DNA of 63,436 nt, filler included, from Olpidium bornovanus S191 (GCA_017911155.1; 31 parts of 31 records of this genome joined end to end with filler, not necessarily neighbours in it), one strand, 5' to 3'. Counted from the whole stretch's first letter, positions 37,038 through 50,300 are shown. The notes: generated by a model from the letters alone, not told the origin. Numbers and translations: made by a program.

Positions 37038-38755
37038 ATGATATATTTGCCAAACGGTGCCCGTTTGGTCAGCTCAATTTGCACTCGAACGCGTACACGG
37101 CTCAGAACGGACGGCGCGTTGTAGTTTAGCAAGTCCCACGCGTTTGCCAGGCCGGTGCTGGATACCACCACGTGTGAAATTGTGACTTCTGGTGGGGTCA
37201 GAAACCCGAAGCCCCCCACGGTTTATGCGAGTTTGAATCGGGCGGTTCGCGGTCGTCGCCTCGTCCACGTCAAAGTCGCGTGCGCGGCATTACACGTTAA
37301 GCGCCCCCAACACCGGCTCTCGGCGCGAACGAGGTCAATGTGTCGCGTTCGGTACCTGTCACGCGAAGTGTGCCTGCGGTGTCCGCGCCCGCGCGGCCGC
37401 TCAATCTCCAGCTCACTTCGCCGGGTGTCGAAACGCTTTTTGCCGACGGCAATTATGCGAACCGCGGGCGCCGGGGAGACCCTATTTACGTCGCCTTCTC
37501 TCTCAGAGGCTTTCCCACAAATTTTCTGTACCGCCGTGCTGAAAGTAGCCGAAAAAAAACACGGCCTGTCCTCTTACTTTGGTCACCTCTGATACAAAAT
37601 TTTCACTCAAATTAGCGGATATATACCACGTGAAGACGACTTTTGCGCGGCACCAAGAACGACCCGGCGTATACGGCGTAATTTGAACGAAGGGTTCTTA
37701 ATCGCGCCGTTATCCGCAACGTCAAGGCTGTACCGCGCTTTTGCCTTCTACTGCCAAAAGATGTTTTTTAGATTTTCCCGGTCACTCGAGATTTCAAGCA
37801 AAAAAACTCCCTGTCTGCTGCGGCGTCGCCAGCTGTTCCTCAAATGGTAATCAGATGCCCTGCAATTCCCGGTGCCGAGGAGCACTTCGATTGCATGNNN
37901 NNNNNNNNNNNNNNNNNNNNNNNNNNNNNNNNNNNNNNNNNTTAATTAATTAANNNNNNNNNNNNNNNNNNNNNNNNNNNNNNNNNNNNNNNNNNNNAGT
38001 GGAGATGGGGGGAGGGGGCGAAGGGGCGGGGTGCCGAGACGCGTCACGCACTCTCCTCCTCCTGCTCTCCCTCTCTCTCTCTTTCTCCCGGGGGCGGAGA
38101 GGCGGAAGGGAAAGGCGGACGACGCGCGTCGGGCACACACACGCCCTGCGCGCGCATCTCGTCTCGCGGGGTGGGGCGACCGGCGGAGGAACGCTCCCTC
38201 CTCTTCTCTCTGTGTCTCGCTCTCTCTCTCTATCTCTCTCTCTCTCTCTCGCTCACTTTGCCCGCCCGCACTCTGAAACCTCCGCGACCTCCCGCGCGCC
38301 TCGCTTGACCCCGCGCCGTCTGCCCGCACGGACGGGGTTGCAAGCGACGGTGCGGCTGCCTCTGCCGCAGAAGACCAAATCAACCAACCCCTGGACCAAC
38401 CCCCCCCCCCCACCACCACCACCCACCCCAAGCCGCCAAAAACATTCCGTCGGAAAGTTCGCCGGCAGTAACGCGATCTCCATCCACATCGCCAACGTCC
38501 CCCGGTCACGTCTCTCGCTTGCGCCAGAACGGCTCTCGTCCTTTTCGAAAAGGGTGCAAAAAAAGAATTGCGCACACGAACAACCACCCCGCCATTCGAT
38601 TGGGCAGCTTCATCGGTTTATTATTTGCAGGAGGAGTCGAAAATACCGTTCCTGTTACGTGTGTTGGTGCTTGTTGCTTTCGCACCAAGTGCCAAAATGC
38701 TAAAAGGCGGTGGAAAGGCGCACACCAGGACAGACGAGCGAGGATCACGCGGCGG

Positions 38756-39490
38756 CTAAGCAACGCGGACAATCCCCGCTGCGATAAGCTTCCGAATGTT
38801 CTGTATTTCCGCCAGGTGCAAAGGACGCGAAACACGGACCACGTCAGTACGCCATTACACGAATCGGCTGCGCACGAGCGCGCACATACCGCAGCGACCG
38901 TCGGGTTCTTCATATGGCTGTTACGGATTGAATTAGAAAGCGTCAGCAAGGTACACGCCCCAAACGCAGATGGTATGGTCGTAGTCAAAAAAAATGCACT
39001 GCATACTCTTGAATGGCCTTCGGATCCTGTTGCATCTGCTGCAAAATTTGGTGCATCACTGCGAATAGAAAACAACCGCCTGGTGTCAGCCGGTCCGCTG
39101 CTCGATTGACATAGCACAAAGCTGTGCAGCTGTCCTACCGGGATCGGTCAAAATAGCCTGCGTTCAAAACGGCACCAAATTAGACATGTTTGGATAAGAG
39201 CGGCACTCCAATACTGACCCAAGCGCAAAATATTCAAACGACAGAGCAAGACATCGTTGGTACCTGTATCTCAGGATCCTCCCGTGCCCTACGAAGTGTC
39301 TCTTCGCGGGATTCGCCCTCATTTGCACCGAAGCCCATCGTCGCGTACTGGGCTTTGGCGTACAACTGGTTGATCTCGTTTGCGCTCTTGCCGTCCTTAT
39401 CGTGCTCGCGGGCCAGGTCCAGGGCGTCAATGCATTTGGTGTAGTCTTTTTTTGTAAAAAGAATGTTGGCTTTGCGGATGTACGCCTTGA
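38756..39490 (-). CDS. STI1: Hsp70/Hsp90 co-chaperone Sti1/HOP; C-terminal exons
   Basis: KAYIRKANILFTKKDYTKCIDAL...REETLRRAREDPEIQ|AILTDP|VMHQILQQMQQDPKAIQE|HMKNPTVAA|NIRKLIAAGIVRVA* (TPR2B plus DP2). Confidence 0.92.
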
Positions 39491-39617
39491 CTGAGATCGC
39501 CGGCGAGAGAAGTCATGNNNNNNNNNNNNNNNNNNNNNNNNNNNNNNNNNNNNNNNNNNNNTTAATTAATTAANNNNNNNNNNNNNNNNNNNNNNNNNNN
39601 NNNNNNNNNNNNNNNNN

Positions 39618-40070
39618 CATGACCTGCAGGGTCCGTATGTAGTAGCAGAACGTTTCACTCTCCAGCTTGGCGTACGCCTGGACCGTTCCGTCCGCTGCGC
39701 CAGTCAGCGACGCGGTAGTATTCCGTGCCAGGGGCGCCTTGCTTTCAACCGCCGCCGTTGCGGAAGGCCCCTCGGACGCCGGAAGCGTGCGCTGGGCTCC
39801 GACTGGGGCGCCGTTCGACAGCGACAGCGGCGGTTCATACAACGCGGCGTGCAAAATTTGCGACGAATCGGCGCTGCTGGCTCTATCCGACTGGTGGTCC
39901 ATGGCGAACCGGCCGCCGTCCAGTTGGTGCCGCAGATGGTTGGCAGCTTCCGCGTCGACGACCTCCAGCAGACCTGACAAGGCTACGTGTTGATCCGCAA
40001 TGCCGGCGTTCCCAATGCCTTCACCAAGGACGGAGACAGCGGAGTCGGTGCCTTGGAATGTGGCTGCCAT
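39618..40070 (-). CDS. FHA-domain forkhead transcription factor (Fkh/Fhl1-like); N-terminus
   Basis: A low-complexity N-terminus leads into VQAYAKLESETFCYYIRTLQV, the start of the FHA domain seen in fungal Fkh/Fhl1 proteins. Truncated by the contig end. Confidence 0.65.
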
Positions 40071-41105
40071 ACGCGAATCGCCGTGGCTTTTGGTGTTTGA
40101 TAAGAGGCGGAGCAATTACAACAACGATCTCAAACACCCCCCGAATCACCGAGCTTTCGCCGCCGGTTCGCAAACCAGTATGCAGCTCGTTCCACGGGAG
40201 TTCCTTTCTCCAAATTTCCGCCAAGAAATCGCCTAACTTACGTGGGACAGGAGTTGAGAGGCTGCGGCAAAAAAAGCGGGACGCGCCCGAAAGATCTCGC
40301 GGTAGCCTTGCCCGACCGGTGGGAACGGCGGGATCTGTCTTCTTTGGCCCTGTGCGCCACCGGAGTCAAACGGCGTTGCCCGGACGAGACCGCCGCGAGC
40401 TCTGGATCCCCGCACCTTGACCCGGGGTGACAATCTGAAGCGGCCAGGGGGGCCGGGAAGAACGAACCGGTTTGTCTTGTCAAACCGGCCCAAACAAAAA
40501 CAGCCGGCGGCCCCTTCGGCCGGTGGAAGGGTTCTCTCTCGCCCTCTCCCGCTCTCTCTCTCTCTCTCTCCCCTCCCCCCCGCCCACCTCCTCTCAGCCC
40601 CGGAGGGCGGGATCCTCCGGCTCCCGCGCACGGCAGCCCACCGACTCTTCCGCGGCGGATGCTGCGCCCGGTGCGCCCGCTCCTGCGGCCGCCACCTCCG
40701 CTTACTGTCCGCGCGCAGTCCACCGAAATCGGACGGATGCACGCGTCCATCACACAGGTAAACCAACCTCCGCCGCGTTGTTTACCAGTTCTAAGCGTGT
40801 GCCTCCGTTTTCCTCCTTGGGCTGTGACGATAACGCCGGGCGGCGGCCGGGGGGCGGGGGGAGGGGGGGGCGGCGAAAGGGGGGCCAGGGCGGGAAGGGC
40901 GGGGTCGGGAGGGTGTTGCCAAAAAAAAAAAAAAAAAAAAGAAAAACATTCCTCGTCCTCCGCGACCGTCGCACACCACAACACCCCGAATTTCCCCCCT
41001 TCCACNNNNNNNNNNNNNNNNNNNNNNNNNNNNNNNNNNNNNNNNNNNNTTAATTAATTAANNNNNNNNNNNNNNNNNNNNNNNNNNNNNNNNNNNNNNN
41101 NNNNN

Positions 41106-42112
41106 CATGCAAGGAAGTGGATGAGGGCCGGCAGCGTCGCGCTGTGTATTACGCGACGACCGGTGGCGGGATCGACCACCTTTTTGCACTTGACAGCAGT
41201 CTGGCCACTTGGCCACAGCACTCCAGAGTTGATACACTTGACGTCACGGACAACGACGCCCAACGCTGCTATCAAGTCCGCTGGGAAGCGGCGGACGAGT
41301 TCGGTGGAGACCGCCTCCGTGACAAGGACGGATCCGAAACTGAGCTGGTTTGATCCCGACTTGGCAATAGTGCCCGAGCGGGGCAGATCGCTATCCTGTC
41401 GCTGAGATACAAGTGTGACTTCTGAAGCAAGTGTGTCCGGCGACCCAGGCCGCCGACCTGAAACCGATCTGCTTCGCCTGCAATCCGCCTGATCCAACCC
41501 TTGGCTGCCACGGAGTCCGGTCGGCGTGGCGGGCGCGGGCAAGACTTCCGAAGTTTCCGGCGGCTCGATTGCCGAATATCGTCTGTGCCGGTCACCGGCA
41601 GGGTCGGGCGACTTCTTCTGAGCAGCTCGCCGAAAAGGATGCGACGCATACTTGAAGAACAGGCTGGGGGTCCCCGACCTGTTTTCCTTGTTGGCAGCAG
41701 ACGCGCGAAGTTCGCCCCTTGACGCCCAGCCGCGGCCGCGTTCGTCAACGCCTCCGCGCTCCTCCTGCCTAGCTTCGGCCCCTGGCTCACGTTCGCGCCA
41801 CATTACCGGCTTGATGCATGCCGGCCTCGGCGGAGGTACGGGGAAATAGTGTGCTGCTTCCGCGGAGTTGGTGACGAAGATCGCGGGAGGGGCGTTCGGT
41901 GAGACGGGCAGAGGGACGGGGTTCTTCCCTCCCAGCGGAATCTCGACCTCCCGGCCGTCCGACACGAAGCCTAAGTGGGCGGCAGCGCCGCCCATGCCGA
42001 AGCATTCCTGAGAGGACTCCGCGGTCGGTCCGTCAGTGGAGGCGGCGGCGGCCGCACCGTCCGCCAACAGCGGCGACCGCGACCCCCCGAACGAGCACAT
42101 CGCCCCCTGCAT
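41106..42112 (-). CDS. Long first exon, possibly a RasGEF N-terminus (REM domain start)
   Basis: About 335 aa open from the ATG at 42112 to the contig end, mostly disordered. It ends in RRVIHSATLPALIHFLA, resembling the I..atl..Li..L start of a REM domain. Confidence 0.45.
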
Positions 42113-43065
42113 CCAAACCTTCAGTCAAACGCGACTAGGGGTCCCAACCACGTGTGAGGGGGGGAAAGTGGGATTGGTGGGGGGGGAAGCTAGTGCCGGG
42201 CAACTGCAGCGGCCTCAGGGAGGGAGAAGGGACGATGTGCAGCGCCGGAGAGAGGAGGAAGGAGGAGGAGGAGGAGGAGGAGGAGAACGGACGGACGGAC
42301 GGGCGGGCGCGGGGAGGAGGGGTTGGGGGGAGGTAGAATGAAATTTGTTGTGAAATTGTGAAATTTGACGCGTGGTCACGTGCCTGCTTCGCGCGGACCT
42401 CGCGCGTCTGACGAACCCATGGCCTCCCCATCCTCCCCCTCCCTCTTCCGCGCGTTGAGCATAATGACATCGGACGGAGGCACGGCGCCCGCGAGGGTTT
42501 GAATGGAAGAGATTCTGGTAAACCTGTGACGGCGCCGCGAAGATAGTGAATTGCGCACATGCCTTTGGAAGGGCGAGGAACGGTTTCCCTCGTTGGTCGC
42601 GGCCTCCTCAGCCAACCGGGGCAGCGAACTGCTTATTCGTGGCGCGGCAGGTGCGGTGCAGTCGAAGGTGGCCTTCATGGTTTGTCAGGTCTGACAGCTT
42701 CTCCTCCTTGGCGAAAGCGGCTCGCGTTTTTGCTGGTGGTTCTCTCACGAGAGAGGAGGTTTAGGCTCCTACAAAGGCGAGCTACGTCGACGCGAGTTTT
42801 GGTTGTGGCGACCGTGGGCGGCCAGGTACAAGACGGCGCTACCCGAGCACCGCCTGCTGGAGGCAGGTGATGGCCTCATTGTTAAAGGAGATCACGGCCG
42901 TAAGCTTCTTGCTCTATTGCGATGCGGTGGGCGTCAAAAAGCTTTCGACACATGGTGTCGGCTTTTAATCTGCAGGGGCGTTGTCGAACTTTTTAACAGC
43001 CAACTTTTGACCTTTCGAGGGCAGCGGCGGGTGGCGGCCGCATAAGAGCGCGACGTTATCCACCG

Positions 43066-43075
43066 GTCACGTGAC
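43066..43075. promoter_or_regulatory. GTCACGTGAC palindrome (E-box)
   Basis: Perfect palindrome in an intergenic-looking region. Further TCACGTG cores occur at 42376 and 43242 on the same contig. Confidence 0.3.
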
Positions 43076-44482
43076 GGACGCGGGCAAGCCGTGGCACGGC
43101 GCAAAGTCCGGATAATTTAACTTACGCAATTGAAGCCCTTTCTATGGGATTTCTGGAAATGGTCCATTTGTTTGTATTTTGTTGGGTGCCGGGAAGCAGC
43201 CCATTTCCGATCACGAGTTATGGCCGGATTTCCCCTCAATCTCACGTGATATATCCAAAGGCCACTAAATTTGTACGCAGGGCCCCGATGTGATTATAAC
43301 CAATTTTGCCTGCCGACTATCGAATTACGAGCTTATTGTCTCGGGAATAGTGAAGCCCTTTTGTAAACTGCTCCATCACGATCTACAGGACGGGACGTGT
43401 GCCCTTTTGTTTTTTTTCCGTTTATGTTTCAAGTTTTTCTTATTCGGCCCCCAGGGATCGGGCGGTTACTGCATGCGAGTGGTACTCGTATGTGCTGGGA
43501 AAAGGCCACGGGCGTGGGGGATGCAGGCGGGGAATTACGTTTGCCCGATCACTCCGCGTGTCGGGCTACGATATTCTCGGTTTGCAACGCTCTGTCGAGT
43601 TGGTCCGTCGAGTCGTGGTGCTTCAGCGTCCGGCGCATCACCATGCTCGACAATTTGGTCCGGCATTCGTTCCAGACTCTCGAGCTGTTCCCGAAAAAAA
43701 CGAAAAGCTGATATTTTTTTTTTGTTGCCCCGTGCCCAGTCGGCGCGCGGGGAAAACACGAAAATGAGCAACCACCCACGTTGGGGAAAGAGACGAAAAC
43801 ACCACAATGGGGCTGTTCTACGGTTGCGGTCCTCGAACGTTCCCAGACTGAAATCGCTTACCCAGAATCCCGTCATAGCGATCGAAACCTTGACGGTTAT
43901 CAGCAGCGGCAGCGGCGGGACCAAATGTCGGGTTATTGCGGAGCACTGGTGGTCGCGCACGTTTGCGGCCGTTTCCAGGATAGGACATTACAACTTCGCC
44001 CAAACGGGTTAGCGGTAACTGAAGAAGCGGGACCCCCGCGAGGCACTCACGGCGCCTTGGCCGCTCCCGCGTACTAAACACGTCCACCAAGTTCTTAACG
44101 TCGCAACGTTTGCCCTGGTTCCAGAGTTCATCTTTGATACCTGGATGAACCAGAAAAGCTATTTTTTCGATGTTGCCACCCCCCCCGCGCAAACGCGCGG
44201 TTCGTCACGAAAAGGAGTTTTTGTCGGCAAACAAAGAAAAAGGGAAGAAAAACGAAAACGCCATGGCACATTTGCACACCGACATCGATCGCAGCCCATC
44301 GCATCACGTCTTTACCCAGTAAAAAATGAAAGTCAGCTGGAGCAAGAAAGCCAGGCACAATGGCCGCCAGTCAATCGTGGGCNNNNNNNNNNNNNNNNNN
44401 NNNNNNNNNNNNNNNNNNNNNNNNNNTTAATTAATTAANNNNNNNNNNNNNNNNNNNNNNNNNNNNNNNNNNNNNNNNNNNN

Positions 44483-45858
44483 CATGGCTCCGCTTTTGAT
44501 CACCGTCGAAAAGACCACAACGGTTTTTCGAAGGATGGACCGCCCGTCGGCAAGCGGCGTTAGGCAAACGGTCTGCATCTGTAAAGCCGCGTGGGGAGCG
44601 AAGGATCAGCGCCTTATTCGAACAGCGGAATCAAAAAGTGACGAGGCGTCCACACTGACCGACGATATCAACTCGTCGAATTCCGTTCGATCCGGCAGCC
44701 AGTCGCTCCCAAGCGATGCGGAGGTCCACTGAGACGTTCGCTGGAGAACATTCATAACGCACTCTCTGACTGCGTCAATCGTCAGGGAAGGTATGATGTT
44801 TGATGGTGCGTCGGCAAAAAAGCAATCCAGGGCAGCCAGGATGTCTTCGGTGCAGCGGCGCACGCGTTCCTGCAACAACTGCCCCTTCGTCAGTGTGTCG
44901 CCCAATTTACCGTTCGACTCTTGCTTATCCACGTATTCCTTGTCACCGTTCGACTCTTGCTTATCCACGTATTCCTTGTCACCGTTCGACTCTTGCTTAT
45001 CCACGTACTCCTTGTAGGCCTCGTTTACTCCCTTTGGGAAATCTCTGAATTCTCGCAGTCCGGAGCTGAATCCGCTGACGGCTGCAGCGAGCCTTTTGAC
45101 CCGCCCGCCAAGCCAGATGCGCGGGCGCAGTTCGCCGTCGACGACGCTTTCATTCGCCACCAATGCGACGTCCCCTTTTCTAAACGGGCCCATAGCGGCG
45201 AGCAGCCGCTTTGCGACGCCCTGCACGGCCTCATTCGTCTGGGCAGTTGACAAACACGGGGATCCCTTTTGTAAGAGACAGAGCAACATGGCGACGATCA
45301 CGCTGGTTTTCCCTGACATTGCCCGCGGCGCCAAAGGGTGTTTCATTCAGGTATCTGCGAAGGACAGGCGATTGTTCCCCCGCAAATTTACAGCTAATAC
45401 CTGTTCCAGGCGGCCCTTGGATCAGCAGCGGCGAAACGTCGGCGGCGCACGACATGGTCCTTAATAAAGCGCGAACGGCGCTGGCCTGGGCGTCGTTCAG
45501 AGTCGTCCCCATGTAAGACTGCGCTTTCTCAAAATGGCCCGTGCGTTTTCTGCGGCCAAATTCCACGCCGCGCTCCCGCGCCACAGGGTGCAGGACGGCG
45601 TCCATGAACTTTGGAAAGCACATTTCCCGGAGGGCTGATGGAACAGACCAGACAATCAGAAGATGCACTCGCATAAACTAAACAACAAACCGAGAACGCC
45701 TACCCCCGTATATTCTCTTGGTTGCCGTCGCATTTTCGATATGTACAAAGTACACAAGATTGCCAATCGATAAGTCTCCTGACGTGATCTCCACTTCCTG
45801 GAGCTTTCCCTCATCGCAAACCGTCACGAGCGCGAACCCGGAAAACTTCGCGCCCATG
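44483..45858 (-). CDS. SF1 Upf1/Sen1-like helicase (AAA_11 region); partial
   Basis: TLNDAQASAV...LIQGPPGTG|KTSVIVAMLLCLL...LSTAQTNEAVQGVAKRLL...GDVALVANE...IWLGGRVKRL. After a probable 45-nt intron it continues ILRKTVVVFSTV. Confidence 0.9.
44909..45015. repeat. 36-bp x3 in-frame tandem repeat inside the helicase
   Basis: ACCGTTCGACTCTTGCTTATCCACGTATTCCTTGTC x3, encoding (D)KEYVDKQESNG x3. Confidence 0.95.
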
Positions 45859-45958
45859 NNNNNNNNNNNNNNNNNNNNNNNNNNNNNNNNNNNNNNNNNN
45901 NNTTAATTAATTAANNNNNNNNNNNNNNNNNNNNNNNNNNNNNNNNNNNNNNNNNNNN

Positions 45959-46988
45959 CCATGCCGATGAAGAGCAGCAAGCGGAGCTCGCGCGCCTGTT
46001 GATCGCCGTGCAGTCGGCTCCGGTCGACCGAGTTGACGCTGGCGGGAAACGTGAAATCCGAGAAGTTCAGCAGGGGGCGCGGACAGCGAGAAAACGCCGC
46101 CGGAGCGGGTCGGACAGAACAGCCCGCGTAGCGCGCTTAGTCGACGTACACGAACATGCCAAGCGTCACGCATACCCCTGGCTACCCAACGCAGAACAAA
46201 ACGGAGGTGCGACGTTCGTCAGAGAAAAGGGGAGGGGAGGAGGGGAAGCGCAAGCGCGGCCGCCGGCCAATACAGGTCGCAGGCACACACGGCTTCGCTA
46301 GCAAGAGCCCAAACGATTCCAGCAGGCAGAGAAATAGAAGAGGAGGAGGAGGAAGGAAAAAAAGAAAGGGATCCTACCACGTAGTCTTCCACGCCCCAGT
46401 GGGTGTCAACGACCTTCCTAAGACCAGCCAGGACTGCAGCATCAATGAAGAGCCACCAGCCGATCGCAAACTGGGCGGAGCATCCAGAAAAGAAAGGCAG
46501 CGTTGGTGAAACATATCAACGGGAGCGGGCTTCGGCAACGTCCCTCTTTCCGTCTCTGCGTCAAACGCGTTGTCGTTCCTGCGCCCTTTCGCCAAAGCCG
46601 ACGACCCCTTGCAGGGTGCACTCGGTCCACCGGTTTTTTCTTTTTGTAAAGTTTTTCGTTTTTTCTTCTCGTTCCCAGCAGCGGCCGCCTCCCCGTTTCG
46701 TACCAGGGCTCCGGAAACGTACACAGCGGCCTCCCTCTGGCGCGCCAGGTCGACAGCGCGGCAGCCGAACGCCGGGCAGGGCAGCAGGCAGACCCGGCGC
46801 CTGGGCCTGTGGGCGGCGACGCGCTCTCCGGCCAGGACCAGGCCGTTCCCGCGGGCGGCGGCGCTGTCGCGGCGGCGGGCGGGAGAGCTCAGCGGCACGG
46901 GGCGGCCGTCGGAGAAGAGCAGCGGCTGGGAGGACGGGGCCTCGCTGCCGGCGCCGGCGCCTTGGCTGTCGAGGCGGCTGCAGGGCAT
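45959..46988 (-). CDS. VPS68: Vps68/TMEM50-family endosomal membrane protein; 3'-partial
   Basis: Spliced translation: ...QREAAVYVSGAL|FAIGWWLFIDAAVL...HWGVEDYV|PGVCVTLGMF..|VNSVDRSRLHGDQQARELRLLLFIGM. It is collinear with recalled yeast Vps68 (GVYLSGALYALGFWIFLDA...DWIPFLCSTLG..VNSIEKNRL...VLFFGF). Confidence 0.88.
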
Positions 46989-47391
46989 TGTTGCCCGGCG
47001 GCGTGGGTGCGCCGGGGTCGTGCGGAAGGAGCGGGGGTGCGCCCGAGTGGGTGCGCCGAGGGAATTTTTTTTTTTTCTTTCTGTTCTTTTTTCCTGTTTC
47101 GCTCGCGGGGAAGACCGGGAGGAGGAGAAGGAGGAGGAGGAGGATGAGGGGGCGAAGGGAAAAAAGAAGAAAAAGACAATCGCCTCTGTCCTCCCTCCAC
47201 CCCTCCCCCNNNNNNNNNNNNNNNNNNNNNNNNNNNNNNNNNNNNNNNNNNNNTTAATTAATTAANNNNNNNNNNNNNNNNNNNNNNNNNNNNNNNNNNN
47301 NNNNNNNNNACAGAAAGCCGCGTGTTCAGGGTAAACGACGACGACGGCGACGACGAACGACTGGGCCGCACAGGAGGCCGAGAAACCTCAC

Positions 47392-50300
47392 CATTCGTAA
47401 GGCACCCACGGCACGGAGGCGTCGATCATGTCCGTGATTACATCAACAAAGGGCACCTGGGCGACTACTGCGCGCACGAGACCCGCGCCGCCGTGGTCGC
47501 GGAGGTATCCCGGGTCGTCCCAACCCCAGGCCGCCGCGTTCCCGGCGACGAGGCCGCCGGCGCTGCGGCCGTGAAAGGCGACGCTCCCGTTGAGCGCGAA
47601 TCCCGACCGGACGAGGTGTTCGATTGAGCGGCGGACGTCGGCGAACGTGGCCGGTTTTCGGGAGAGCTTGCCGCCCTCGTACCAGTCGGCGCCGAGGTCG
47701 CCGTCGCCGCGCGGGTGGACCAGCGCGAAGCCGACGCCCCGCGAGAGAAGCGGGAGGAGGTCCGGGGTAAACGCTGGCTCCGCGAAGTCGCCGTACGCAC
47801 CGTACGCCGTCACTACAAGAGGACGCGGCCCGTCGGCAGGCGGCGGGGTCGAGTGATTCTCCCTCTGAACGGCTGCCGCTTGGCCGGGCTCTCCGTCCGC
47901 CGGAGTCGTGGATTTTCCTGTCCCCAGGTACACGAGCGATACCGGAACCTCGGGATCGCCTGCTGCCCACACCCGGCCCATGACGTACTTCTCGGGCTCG
48001 TAGCCGCTCCTGAGCGACTGCGGTCTGAGTACGCAGCGTATGGTGCCTCCGTGCATGTCGTACTCGTACGTCGCCGGAGGGTGTATGAACGAGGAATTGG
48101 TAAACGAGAACTTGGTGGCGTTTGGCATTCGACGGACACGGCCTCCAGCCTCCGAGGTCATGCCGGGAAAGACCGCGTACACGTCATTCGAGTCGCCGCT
48201 GAGCAGGACTGTTTTCGAGGATGTCACCGTCGGCGACCCCGAAGTCCGCGTTCGGGCGGGCAGCGCCTCGGAATCAAGGTCGAACACGATCACCCTTTTC
48301 AGTCCCTTCTCCCACACCCACGCCACGACATGCGCGGCGAACACCTCTATCCGTTCGATGAATCTTGTCGCGGAACACGGAACCAGAAGCAACGGGTTCC
48401 TCGGGGCGGTCGTGCCGGCGTCCAAAAAGTCGGCTACGAGCGGCGGGGCGTCCGCCAGCCACACGGCAAAATTTTTCCAGCAGCCCGTTCCAGCGGGTGC
48501 GGGGTTATCGCCGGTGCCGGGCCGTTCCTCAGAGCCGGCTGCTGAGATGTCGAAATTGGCGAGCACCACAAGGGCGTCTTTCCATCGCTCGATGGAATAT
48601 CGTCGGCCTATTCTTCGAGGAAACAGCGTTCGGAGCTTGACGTCCGGACCACCGGAGGAGGTATCTACGTAGCTGACCTCGCTTGTGATCTTTCCCAAAG
48701 CCTTGCATAGCAAAATCGGCAAGCGCGATCTTTGTAAGCCGCCAATTCTACATTGAAACGCCAAAACGCCACGGCTGCAGTTTCATGTGCTATAAAATGG
48801 TCGCACCGTTATTGTCAAGATGGTCCCGTCGTTCGTTGAATCCAGCTCTGCCGTCATAGCCTCATCCGGCTCAAGGTAGACTACCTCGCCGGTAACGACG
48901 AAAAGTTCCAAAGTTCCGTGTGACGCCGGCCCATCCCCTTCTCCTTCCCGACGCCGCCCGTCCGGCACGAGTGTCCCTTGTTTCTGCGACACGCAGCCCT
49001 TCACACAAAGGCGGTGAATAAATCTTGGGACTCCAAAATTGTCCACAACGTTATAATACAAAAAATGTGCAGCCGGCGAGCCGGCGAAGCGGGCCCACCG
49101 GACCGAGTAGTAGGTGTCCACGACAGCTATCACGTTCTTGTCCGGGCCGACGAGGGGGGCCGTTAACCCCGGCCGCCGACTCAGATCCTCCACGATTAAC
49201 GTGAACCGCTCGTTCCCGACGGTGTCGTACGAGTAGGCCAGCAGCGAGTCGTCGAACGGGGACACCTCGACGACTCCCAGCGCAAAGTAGTCGTGGCCGT
49301 TTGCCACGCGGTTCACGTCCAAAACGAGCGTGGCGGAAGTGATATTCGCCCGCGCCAGACAAGCGACCCTGACCAATTCGTTGGAGCGACAAGACCCTGC
49401 AGCCGCCGCTTTCTCCGTCGGTTCGCCGCAAAAGGGCAAACCTTCGCTGACGGGCCGCCTGAGGTACACGGAATAGTCAAGGTCCGGCTCAAACTGCGAC
49501 CAGTAAACCCACCGGTCGTCCTCCCAAGAATTTTCCGCGACCCCGCCGCACATTCTCGGCCCGTCGCACTCGCTCGCGCGGTGGGTCGCCGCGTCGACGC
49601 TCGGCCGCCGTCTCCGGTTCGATCTGTTCCGTCCCCGGGCGAGCGGGTCACCCGACGGAGATGCGACGGCGGCCATTTCCGCGGTCAGCCGGAGTCGCAG
49701 GCCTTGGGTGTCCGCCAGGCCTTCACGGGCGAAGTCGTTTTCGAGCTCAATGTACCGCCTGACGTCGGGGTCCGCGTCCATGTCTCTGAGCCAGTAATAA
49801 TCGTCGAAGGACGTCTCGCCGTGCAAAGTCCGGGGGTGGGGGGCCACCTTTGCGACCGGCGGCGGCCGGGGGAGCGACGGGAGCTTTGAGACGGAAGGGC
49901 GGCCCGTCGCGCCTGTCGCCGATTCCGGGCGGACGGGCGCGAGCGCGGCAAACAAAGCGAACGCCGCCAGGGCCGTACAGACATACAGCAGCAGAAAGCT
50001 GACCTGGCCGGCGGAGTATTCCCGCTCGCATAAGCCCGGGGAGTATTTAAAAGAAACACGCGGGAGGCGCCGTTTCTCGTTTCCCCCTTCTCTCCAACGC
50101 GCTCGCTTACGCGAAGGTCACACCGGACAGATGGGAAAGAGGGAAGATGGGATAGGGGAGGGGTATTCGGGCTCCTCACCGGCACTTCTCCCTCCGCGCG
50201 GGATCAGCGTCCGTCTTGCTGAGGTACTCCGGCGGGGCGACAAACGAGTGGACTTCGCCGTCGGAGCAGCTCTCCCGCGCCGCCGCCGCGGCCAGGCCGT

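Noticed and set aside
40659-40757. Possible first exon of a mitochondrial protein (MLRPVRPLL...IGRMHASITQ, then GTAAAC), vaguely BolA-like
   Set aside because: Only 33 codons and no downstream exon on the contig; too little to call.
42420-44382. Scattered protein-like segments (NTF2-like or RRP15-like snippets; CRVIAEHWWSRTF)
   Set aside because: The matches are only a few residues long and could not be linked into a coherent gene.
50047-50179. Possible non-canonical GT-AA intron in the oligopeptidase gene
   Set aside because: A canonical AG in the correct phase exists further upstream (GAG before about 50091), so a non-canonical site is not required.
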